From: Macrostomum hystrix
Lineage: Eukaryota > Animalia > Platyhelminthes
Assembly: GCA_950097015.1 (NCBI GenBank)
Contig: CATNEN010000011.1
Coordinates: forward strand, 3,410,001 to 3,474,000
Direction: 5' to 3'
Length of the DNA: 64,000 nucleotides
The notes beneath the pieces are model-generated. The model had not been told where the DNA came from and ran no database searches. It was given only the letters and a program-made list of their open reading frames with translations. Made by a program: the position numbers and the translations under genes. Shown in pieces: positions 44,301 through 56,300 of this stretch. Numbering within the stretch: position 1 is the stretch's first letter; every line of letters begins with the position of its first letter.

Positions 44301-47300
44301 TTAGAGTATAGTCAATGTTTTATGGAGTCCAGATAATAAGGATAACCGTTTAAGTCTCACGTCTGATGGACCACGCAACTTTTCGCACAGGGAAAGACCA
44401 CGGATGGTATTTCAAATACCCACTACCTACTTCCCAATAGCTCCTAAACCGAATGACCGATTTTCGTGAAATTCCACCTTATCAATCAAAGCTTTTCGCC
44501 CTCCGACGCCGTCCGACGTCAGCATCGTCGAGATATTCAGCGATATCTCGCCGAATCTCGCGATATCTAACTATTATTGCTCTGTATAAACCTCTGATGG
44601 CAAATCCTAAATTAGCAAAATAATCTGTACTATTTAAGCAAAAATAATAGCCGTCATTGTTGCGTGATGAAATTTTGCGAGCAGAAAAATGATGCCTATA
44701 TTAGTGGTTTTTGTCATCAGAGAACACGAAGAGAATCGTTGGATAGCTCGACGATGCCGTTGTTTTGTGATATTAGTATATCTCAAATACCCCCATGGTT
44801 TTTTACTGCTTAAGCGAGATATTTTCATCACTTTATACGCTCGTAGGTTATGGCGTTCGTGATGAAGGCCGTTGCCGGAGAAATCAGCTTCCAGGCCTTC
44901 CCAACCACCGCTGCATCCCTGAAGTCTGCCCTGAATGGCTGTAAGTAAAACTGGCTGTTGTCTACTCAAGTTTTCGCTAATCAGTCAATTTATGTCAGGT
45001 TTTATAAACAAATAAACTAACAAATACTTTGCAGCCTGCCAGTGCAGAGTGGAGATTTTCATTAACTGCGTTAAAACAAAGACTGGTGAGCTGCTCATAC
45101 AGTTTTTATACCTATTTCTGAGCCATTTTCAAGCTCTCAATGAATTCAACAGTTTATTTGATGGTCTGATGAAAATAAACTAAACTTCAGAGGTTAAGTG
45201 CCCGAAGGACTACACAAAGCGGGGCCGTTGCATTGAGGGTCGGCGGAAGGACACCCGCTACTCATTCCGCGTGGTCAAGGGTGTCTGCGTGAAGTCTGCC
45301 AAGAGCCAGATTCGATACAAAGGCTGCGAGCACACCAATTGCCCGAAGTCCAAGTTCTCTTGGTCGTCCTGCGTTGGTGGCTGGAAGTCTCGAACAGAAT
45401 ACGTCAACACCTACAATGAGGCCCAGCACAAGTGCGTGCGCAGCTCGCGCAAAGTTGGACGAGCCAGGTGCAAGATGCCATGTCGTGTGTTCGAGCGAGT
45501 CCTTAATAAAGGACCCTGCCACCGCTACAAGGGCAAGTTCTACAAGGTTGTCAAGTATGAGACCAACGTGCGCCACAATGTCTATCTGTGCAAGCGAGTT
45601 ACCAAGTCCAAGCGAGTTCGCTGCATTCGTGAGTTTTAATCTATTCCTGTGCCAAGTTCAGCGTAAATACTAAACAAACTAATTGTTGATACTTTCGGAC
45701 TCGCATCTCTTCCAGTGACGCCCTGCCCCAAGTCGCGCGTTAAGCGAGGCGTCTGCAAGGCGAAGAAGACCCGCGGACACAGGAAGAGCTCCGTGACCTT
45801 CAGCCACGAGACAGCTGTTTACACCCATGACACTCACTTGTATTACGTCCGCAACTCCAGAGGCCGGTGCATCCGCAGACAGCGAGTTCAGCGCCGTCTC
45901 TGTTCTACAAAGAGTAAGTTACTTCCGCGACTTTGTCGATGCTCGAATGTGTACCAATGAATTAGTACATTTCCGCCATTAACCATTGGCTACTCTTTGC
46001 AATTCGCCAGTGTGCCGCTGCTTCGCAATCGGCGATCCGCACTACAAGACCTTTGATCGTCTGCGCATTAACTTCTACGGCGGCTGCAAGTACGTGCTGT
46101 CAGAGACTGTCAGCAACAGCGGCGAGTGCGCTTTCCGCATCGCCGGCAAGAACTGGTACCGCGGACACAAGCTCAAGCACCGAGTGTCCTGGACAAAGTC
46201 CTTGGACATCACCATCGGTGGTCACACCTACACCCTGGGCCAGCAGCGGTTGCTGTTTGTGGATGGCCAGCCGACCCTGGTGCCGCACCGAATTCATGGC
46301 GGCCTCGGCTACATCTTCTACTCTGGACGCGCCATCGAGTTCGCCTCGGAGAAGTGCGGTGTCAATGTCTACTGGGACGGTAAGAGCTCCGCCGGTGTGC
46401 AAATCAACCGAGCCAAATACGGCGGCAGGGTGCGCGGTCTGTGCGGCAACTGCGACGGAGACGCCGGCAACGATCTGACGTGAGTTGGGCCGCATATTTA
46501 TCTACTCTGAGTAGCATGCATGGCTTTGTACAAACATTTACCATCCCGCATCCCATATTCAGCGATGCCTCTGGCGTGGTATACAAGGACCGCTCGTTCA
46601 GCAACATCCAGAAGTTCGCTCTGAGCTACCTGGTCGCCGAGAAAAGCAGCTCAGTTGAGGAGATCGAGCACTGCAAAGTCGCCGACGGACCGCCAGAGAT
46701 TTCGATCGAGATTGAGAAGAAGTACAGCGAAAAGGAATGGTGCGGCATCATTTCTAAGACCAGCGGACCCTTCAGCCAGTGCCTGTCGTCAGGCAAGATC
46801 AGCTTCGACTTCTACTTCCGCAGCTGCGTTATCGATCTGAGCTTGTTGGAAGAGCAGCAAACTCTTTTGAAACAGACCTTCTGCGAAATAATTAAGGCTG
46901 TTAACGAGGACTGCGCCGAGGTTGGCTTCGAGGGCATCGACTGGAGAAAGCACACCGACTGCAGTGAGTTTACTGATTTTTAGTTTGAGGACAAGGTTGG
47001 GACTATAGTAGGCACGCGACTGACATTGCGATGGTGGTTCAATCTACGAGGGCGATGGTTCTCTAATATATCTTCATAATAACCTAAGTAAACCTTATAT
47101 CGTTTTACTATAAAACTAATTTTAGCTCCGAAGTGTCCACCAAATTCGCGCTTCACCACGAAGATGAACCCGTGCCCGGCCACCTGCGAGTCATCAGTGT
47201 TCCGAACGAAGCGCCAGTGCTTCAAGCTGCCCAACCGCGAAGGCTGCGAGTGCAAGAACGGCTACGTGCTGGACGGACAGCGCTGCGTCAGGATGGGAGA

Positions 47301-50300
47301 ATGCTCCTGCTTGGGTGAGTTCCGACTCGGGCATTTGCGATGAAAGATAAAGCATCTCTGCTTTTAAATGTAGGATTATTGCTGTTAGTTTTCTGAACTC
47401 GGCAAATAAGGGAGTTCCGCGTTTCTCTATCGAATTAAGCTTGCAATGACGCCGCCACTGAGGGACAATGCGCCAGATGGAAGAGGCAGGGCCACTGCAG
47501 CAGCATGTTTGAGACATCCGGTATGCTCATGGCTTGTCGCAAAACCTGCGGCTTCTGTCACGAGAGTAAGTTTCTATTTTAGCGCTATCAGCATCGATAT
47601 TCAATTGATTACCAATATTCGATAGTCTAAAGTAAAAGCATTTTTTCCTAGAACCGATCTGCGAGGACTACATCGCTAGCTGCGTCTGCGCCAGAGCCAA
47701 GGCTACTGGCAACTGCAGCAAAAGCTTCTATAAGCACTTCTGCGGTCTCACCTGCAACTGGCGCAACTGTCCGTGCCGAGCTGCTAGGACCACCCGGGGC
47801 AAGTGCGAGGCCGATGGCACAAGAAAGGTGACCATGTTCCGCTACAACCGTAGCAGCGACAAGGAGTGCGTCCTTGACAAGGTTGAAAGACGCGAGTCCT
47901 GCCGAAGCTGCATCGGCAGCATCAAGCGAGTCTGGGGCAAGTGCAACTACTGCACTGGCAAGCGAGTCGGAAAGAAGATCGAGACTTACAAGTTAGTTTT
48001 AACGAATGGTGGCTTAGTTGTTAGGCATTCGACAAGGATATTTATACTACAACCTCCAACCAATTTGATCTCCAACGTGATTATTTCCAGGTCTGGTATC
48101 CGCTGCCTGAAGCGTGTGACTGCTATCTACATGTCCTGCAGTCTGTGCAAATTCCCTAGCGGCAAAACTCGCCATGTCACGGACCGATTCTGCAAGGGTG
48201 GCAACACCATTATCACCAGATTCAAGGTGAAGCGACAGACTGGCTGCTTCAAGTGCAAAACGGAGCCGTCATTTAGAAGCACAACTGTCCGCTGCCGAAA
48301 GCGTCCTCGAGTCTCCACAACGCCACTTCGTGGAACAAAGACTGAGAAGCTAAAGATGTGCATCTTCCACCTGCGCAGATGTCGCTGCCAAGAAAGATGC
48401 GTTACGATTGTCCAGCCAACAGAGTGCAAGCCGAAGATTTTGCTTAAAAAGCGATGCGTCATTCGCAAACGCGTGTCGGTGTGGAAGATCCTATGGCAGT
48501 ACGAGCGCCTAGTCAGGAAGAAGCTAAAGACCCGGTGCGAGAGATATAAGAGAACTCACACATCCGCTGTTGGTGAGTGTTCTTCTAATAGTAATAATAA
48601 TTATAGATTACACCTGCCCTGATTAGATCAGATGTGCAGCCGACAGCAAAGCCGCAGCTATTGCGCAGGGCATAAAGGCTAGGGGATAATGTACAGGGGA
48701 TGCATAATGGACAGGGAACGACAGGGGACGCGGGGACGCCACACCCCCCTCAAGTACCCCAACTAATGCTTGTACCTATTTAACAGCTGGGTGAACTGAA
48801 GCAAAGCAGAGCTAAGTGTCATGCTAAAGGACACAAGTTGTTCCAACTGAGTCCGGAATCGAATCCCCGATCTTCTAGTCGAGAATCAGACGCTCTAACC
48901 ACTAGGCGACAACACCTAGTAGGCTACTACCCTTTCTCTTCAACTCTTCTATGAGTGTTAATGTATTAGATTGTACGAGCTCGTAGCTCATGCAATCACT
49001 GCCTAAGTAGTTATTTCGGGAAGTAAAATATATACAGCAGTAAACTAAATAAGAAACGACAATAACTCGAATCTGAGCACCCCAATAAGTAATTAGTGTC
49101 CCTGAGCAAGACGCTTCCGCACTCCTCCTTGCTTTAGTTCGGCAAATTGTAAAATTGTTAGACCCAGTTGTGCTTTCTATTCATCTAACTTGAGTTTAAA
49201 CACAAGGACTTGCAAATTCTGCACAAAAAAAGATTCTGCTCATTTTAGTCTGCCCCAAGCGCCTGAAGTCCATCACTATTCGCGGCAAGCACTGCAGACT
49301 TTCAGCTAGAATCACATTCTACCACGTGAATTCCAAGTGCCAGTGCACCAAGGTTGTCAAGTACAAATCCAAGGGCTTCTACTGCTGCCCGAAGCCCAAA
49401 AGCAAGAAGGGACCATGCAACGTCGTGCGCGGCGTTAACGTTATGCGTACAGTTCAAACGACATTCTACAAGCTGGTGAAGGGAATGTGCATCAAGGAGA
49501 GCAGCGGCCGAAGGCTCCAAGTTTGCTCTTGCCGACCGAAGCGTTTCAAGCGCGCCTGCCAGTTTGGTCAGCTCAGCCAGCGAACCATGAAGTGCCGACT
49601 GCATAGAAGCCCGCGAGGCGCCTATTGTAAGTGCGTACAGGAGAAGACAATCATCCCTGTGACGTGCCGAACCACGTCCACCAGAAAACTGACTGGGTGC
49701 GTCATTAGGAGGGGTCTGAACCGTTACATGAGGATGCGATACTACTACTACACCAAGGAGAGATGCAAGTGCGTGAAGAGACACCGCGACCGACTGATGT
49801 GGTGCGGTAAGTGCACTGAGATTAGAAAAATGTACTTTTTAGTTAGACATACCCCAGAGTTCTCCATCTGCATTCGAACATCAATTTCTAATTTTAGGTT
49901 GCCAGGGAAAACCTATGTATGAGGTAAAACCGTGCCCGAAGAAGTGCAAAGATCCGACAAAGTGCAGCAACCGGTGCGTGAAGCAGCACATCCGGTACAT
50001 TGGCGTAATGAGACTCCGCAACAAGCGCAAGGTCTGCGTCCGAAAAATCGTGAGCCTTCAGGAGGAGCGCTGCTGCTGTTCTCCGGTTGTTCTCAACTTG
50101 AAGCCACGTAAAAAGTGCGTTTCGGGCAGCCTGCTCTTTAGGTATACCTACGTGAAGCGGCTTTGTCGAGGAAAGCGATCCAAGCTCGCCCAGTGCTGCA
50201 TCGTTCGTCGCGCTACCAGCAGGCGGGTTCCTTGCAAGCAGGGTGTGATCAAGACTGAAGCATCTAGATGCGGCAGAAACGGATATTTCACAATCAGCAA

Positions 50301-53300
50301 GACCATTGCCAAGCTGAGGAAATGTGTGTGCGAGAGGAAGGTGCGCCGAAGCCTGTGCCGCTGCAAGTGCCCGAAGACAACTAAGCGCGTTGTGTGCGAC
50401 TCTGGAAAGCGAATCTGGCGTGTGACAACCATCTCACACAAGATCGTCAACTGCAAATGCAGGAGAAATGTGGTCGTACGCGAATTCCCTCTCGATCCAT
50501 GCAAGAGAATCCCGCGGTCTCCCACAAAGGTTGGCAAATGCAACAAGAGGGGCATCAAGAAGCTGTACTACTTCTACTCCGTGAGAAGTGGATGCCGCTG
50601 CAAGCCGAGGTCTAAAGTTCGAATCTGTCACTGCAGTGAGTTTTGGTGGACATTATCCTCAATAAGCGACAATAATATTTATCAAATAACCCATTCAACC
50701 AGAATCAAACTAAAAAATATCGTTTATCACTTCAGGCTGCTCCGGAAAAGTTTCCTACACAAACTGGAGATGCAACGCCAAGTCAGGAGTGCGTCAGCGA
50801 GTGAAGTCATTCACAGTGAAGAACGGGTGCCAGTGCATTCCGAAGAAAAAGATCGAGAGGAAACCAACCAGTACGTGATTAATAATTAAATTGGCAATTT
50901 TGTTTATTTGATTTAAACGCAAACTGTAGAAAACTGTAATATTTCATAATTTCTTCCTAGGATGCCACCGAAGACGAAAGGTTGAAAGAATATGCCGCGG
51001 TGGCGTTCTACTCTTCTTCCTGCGAGAGTTCAAGCGACGAGGCTGCAAGTGCCAGTGGCGCATCAAAGACGTTGTTAGGAGACGCTGCGATCCACCAAGG
51101 CCACCCAAGGTTATCGTCAAGAAGGAGTGTCTCCACCACAAGATCCGCGTGGTCATTCGCACAAGCATCCGCTGGGTGAAGCGTACCATCAGACTCTTTG
51201 ATCGGTACTACACGTACGACGAAAAAGTCGTAACCAAGACCAAGAAGTCGCACCCCGTGACTTGTAAGAAGCACTTCTACTCTCCGGATGTGCGCGCGTG
51301 CAGGAATGGAAAGTATTTAAAAATCACCAGATACGACTACGTTCGCAATTGCGAGTGCAAGGTCGGGGCCAAGCGAGAGTTCAAGAAGTGCAGTTGCAGA
51401 AAGAGTACTAAGAGAGAGTCCTCTAAGTGTGACAAGAAGAAGTTTGCCATTGTGTCCACATGGAAATACAGGAAGTGGAGTTCCGCCCAGGAGCGCTGCA
51501 TTTGGGTTAGGAAGACTGTCATAAACCCAGTTCACTGCTCTTTCCAAAACAAAGTTGTCCGAGGTCGATGCCGCAATGGCAAGACTTACAAAATCACAAC
51601 AATGGTTCAGCTGCCAGACCGCAATAACTGCAAGTGTCTCAAGCTGAAGGAGTCAAGAAACGCTAACTGCTTCTGCAAGCCCATCAATCGTAGAAAGAAG
51701 TGCGACAAGGGCCGCTCTTGTGTGCGCTATACTTTGGTAACGCCAATGAAGTGGGACTATAAAAAGTCTCGATGTATTCCATTTGGAAAGACCATTAAGA
51801 AGCGCATCGTTTGCTGCTGCAGTAAGAAAGTGAAGAGGAAGACATACTGCGCCCCAGACGGCCATAGAAGGGTCACCAGAAGCTGGCAGGTTTACACATC
51901 GCGCCCTGTTCCGCGTTGCATTGAAAAGAGGCAAACTGACAAGTTGGTAATTAATTGCCAAGCTGCCAAGTACCAGAGACGACTACTAAGAAGAAAAGTT
52001 ACCAGAAGCTCGTGTGGCGCGAACAACTATCTGACAATCACCTACTTCCGTCTGCGACTAAACAAGAAGACTTGCCGGTGCGAGAAATATGCGCACAAGA
52101 AAAAGCGCTGCCGCTGCCGCTGCAGACGAGGTGAGAAGTTCGAGCGCAGTTACTGTCGCAAGGCGACTAACAAGCGCGTCAAGGTATATTCGCGAATGGT
52201 TCTGAAGAACTGCGGCTGCGTTAAGAAGCTGATCCATCGGGCCAGCGGCATCCGGTGCCGCCGAAAGCCCGTGGCGACACGCTGGAGTGGCTGCAACAAG
52301 AAGACCTGCCAGCAGTACCGCATCGATACGGTTGAGCGACCCAGAAATTGCAGATGCGAGCGCAAAAGTATTAGACGCCTGCATGTTACACGCCAATGCT
52401 GCTGCAATAAGAAGACAACATCCGACAGCGTATGCACTAGGATGGGCTGGAAAGTAACCACAGTATATTACAACTTCGATAGAAGAACTCGAAGATGCGC
52501 AAGGAAAAAGCGGGTGAACACCGTACAGGATGACGAGCTGATCAACTGCAAGAACAATCCACGCTTCACAAGAAAGAAGGCGGACAACTGTGCTCTGATT
52601 ATTTATCACAACAAATACTGGATCGACTTCCGCAAGTGCGAATGCAAACGGGTCTCTAAGCCTGTGAAGGCCGGAAACTGGTGCTGCTCCAAGGAGACTC
52701 GGGTTAGGCGCCATTGCAAAAATCGAATGTTCGTATTTGTAACAACTGTGCAGAAGCTCAAGGGAATGAAGTGCGTTGACAAGAAGACCTACAGAAAGAA
52801 GTCAGTTAGATGCCAGCCAGAACGAAATATTCTGGGCAAGTGCAACAGGGCCACTGGATGGGCCACTGACTACATCGGACAGGCCCGCGTGATGCTGAAC
52901 TGCTATTGCAAGAAGACCAGAGTGCCGAGGAAGAGACGTTGTGGTATGTATATCATAACTTCTAACAACCTCGCCATTATCAGTTTTTGTCACAATAGAA
53001 ACAAATATGCTATAACACCGTGGCACTATTTCAGCTTGCCCTAAGCCTCGATACGTGACCGACTGCCTGAAAAACGCCGGCATCGTCAGGAAAATCAAGG
53101 TATTTTACCTGCTATACGGTGGCCGGTGTGTCACTAAGCGCAAGGTTATCTCCGAGACCAAGGTGTGCTCTAAGAAGCCTGTTCTGCATCATTCGAGCAG
53201 CTGCAAGAGCAATAATTTCATCACAGACACTTACAAAGCTCAAAAGCGAGTAGGATGCCACTGCTCCACTCGTTACTTTAACAAACAGAGGCTTTGCCGT

Positions 53301-56300
53301 AAGTGAAACCATTTTCCACCCCCCTTAATTCTGTCAAAGAAATTTTGAAAGATGAATACTAGCATATTCACTTTGCTGAACCGATTTTAGGCTGCGACCC
53401 TCTTCGAAGCAAGAAGGTGATTTGCAAAGGCAGCTATATCAGAGTGCTGCACTACATGCACTACGTCAACAAGAAGTTTACTGCCTGCGATAGAAAGGTC
53501 ATCTCCAGGGTGAAGATCCCAATCAGTGAGTTCGCAATACTGTAATATATTTTGAGTTTCTTGAATTTTATTGCTGCAGTTTTAATCAATTGCACAAATT
53601 CCTAATTTAAAGGATGCCGCAGTGCCACACGCATTGGAAAATGCGAGCCATCCGGAATGAAGGGCCGCATGGTGCAGAAAGTCGAGAGGATCGTCAGACA
53701 CATCAAGAAGTGCAAGTGTGTCACAAAGCGAGTCATCGAGAGCACCAGGATCTGTAAGTGCCCAGACCCCTACAAGAAGAAGGGCTCCTGCAATCGCGAG
53801 TCCGAGAGGCGAAAGATTGTGCACTACAGTTTCACACTCAACTCTAAGCGAACCAAGTGTCGTCGTCATCAGCGCACGTCGCACGAGGTGTGCTACTGCA
53901 ACAAGAGAGCGCGCACCACCACCAAGTGTGACAGGCGCAGCGGTAACAACCTACTCATCTCTACCTGGCGACAGTTTGACGCGCGCAGAAAGCTTTGCGT
54001 ACGTAAGAGAAAAACTGATATCCAGGAGGTTATTTGCGAGGAGAGAACGACTCGAACCAAAACCGACTGCACTGCCAACGGTGTGCGCACTGACATCATC
54101 AAGAAGTACTACAAGGACTACAACAGCTGCTCCTGTCGCGAGTCTCCACGCCCAGTGAAGGTGCGATGCGCTTGTGTACCGAAGTGTCAGAAGAAAATCG
54201 TTCGCTGCGTTGGAGGCCAGCTGGTCACAAAGCGGAAGTGCTACAGACTCAAGGAAGTCAGTCCGTTTGTTAACGTTTGCGTCCCGTACTACTTTAAGAA
54301 AACGAAGAGCATAAGCAAGTATTTTTTGTCAATTTACATACTGTAGCGGTGCAACTATTGCGGCAAAGAACATAATTAAAACCGTTTAATCCTTTCAGAG
54401 TGTTCTCGAGCTGTGCATTATCAAAGATTCGCTGCTTGCAAAAAGTGCTCCAAGACATTCTACAAATGGGTGCACAAGAACATTGGCTGCAAGTGCAAGC
54501 GAGTAAAGAAGTTCTGGAAGAAGGTACGTTGCTGCTGCCCGAAGAGGCACTGCCGTACAACTTGTGAAGTGAAGGGCACAACGAAGGTCAGGCGCTGCAT
54601 TTGGTACAAGTTAATCAATGGCAGCTGCGTGAAGCATATCGACGTGAAGAAGGATCCGATTAAGTGTCTGAGGAGACAGGAGTATTGGTCCAAGTGCCGA
54701 AAGCAGAAGGCCAACGGTAGATGGTTCCGCTGCTCTGTTCTAAAGAGTGTAGTGAAGAGCGAAGTAAGAAATTGCGCTTGCCGCCCAGTCAGTACAAAGG
54801 TTTACCAGAGGTACTGCTGCTGTGGCCCTCGAACCATTCGAGAGAAATGCAACGCTAAGACGGGTGTGCTAACGAGAACAACCACCAGGAAGGTGCTTGT
54901 AGGAGAGGGCTTCTGCAAACCTGTACCGAAGACGAAGGTGATTCCTGCTCCAATTTGCCGCGGCTCCTTCAAGGGAGAAAATACCGGACGCTGTGACTTG
55001 AAGCGCAACCTGCAGAAATTCTTTGTTTGGACAGTCTACCGACACGGCTGCCATTGCAAAAAGCGCAGGAGTGTGGAGACTTCGGCTTGCGGCTGTCGTC
55101 GCAAGAAGCCGCTTGGACCATTCTGGACCAAGTGCGCTAAAGGTGTTCGAACCGTGTACTTTTACTACTTCGAGAGACAGAAAGTTGGTCGCTGGCGCTA
55201 CAAGTGCGTTAAGAAGAGAGTCAACCACCACATTGCCGATCAGTAAGTACACAGCAGTGCATTAAGGTATTGATAGACCAAAACATAAAGAAAATAAATG
55301 TAAATTTGATCAAACCAAATTTTCAGCTGCGGTAAATGTGGCAAGCCGGACAAAACAACCAGAGTGTGCAAGGGCGACTATTGGCTGCGCATCACTCTCG
55401 GCTGGAGAAAAATAACTCGCACAATCAAGATTCCGGGACGCTACCACGGAAGCATCAAGGTCAGCTATAGAGTGTGCGTGCGAAGAAAGAAGACCAAGGC
55501 CAGCAAGTCTATCTCCTGCGATTCGCCTCCGGAGCACAAAGCTAAGTGCAACAACTTCCGCAAGCGCATCTATCGCTACTACTACTCAGTAGACAAATGC
55601 GCGTGCAGGCTGAAGCGTAGCCTAGTAACTGTTCGCGCTTGCATGTGCCACAAAAAGAACTATTCCACCAAGTGGTGCAACGCACGAACCAACCAGCTAG
55701 TGAACAGCTACTACACATACGTAGCCAAGAACCGCATCTGTGAGAAGCGCAGACGCGATGTTTATCGAAAACTGTCCTGCCGCGTTGGCAAAGTGTTCCG
55801 TGATCGTACTGTTACGGACTGCAAAAATGGCCGACGTCAGGGATTGTCCAAGCTGAAGAAGGTGCGCTACTACATGTTCTACTATTCGCGCTGCAAATGC
55901 AAGAAGCGATACATCTATAGGTGGCTGTTGTGCGGCTGCGCCTCTAAGAGGGTAAGTACAATTACGTTAAACTAATTGAAATTTTTTACTGAGGACTCGA
56001 AGAGTAGGGCTAAGACAAAAGCTTTTGACCTTTGTTTTTAGAAACGAGAGGTTTGCAGAAATGGCAGGTGGTATTCCACTCTGTACTCTGTGACACCGAG
56101 GTACGACAGAAACGCGTGCGAGGTTACTAAGCGTTACGTGAACCGCGACGTGTCTTGTTCGAGGAACGCTCGCAAGAAGCTGCTGTCGCCATGCAATGCT
56201 TCCTGTATTAGAAAGTACGCCGTTTACTATCGACGCCTCGACAGACGAACCTGCAGGTGCAGACTTGCGCCACCAATCATTCTTAACCAGGTCTGCGGAT

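Noticed and set aside
48848-48920. Functional tRNA gene (also 43101-43175)
   Set aside because: The acceptor and anticodon stems pair poorly, and both heads continue into SINE-like bodies and tails.
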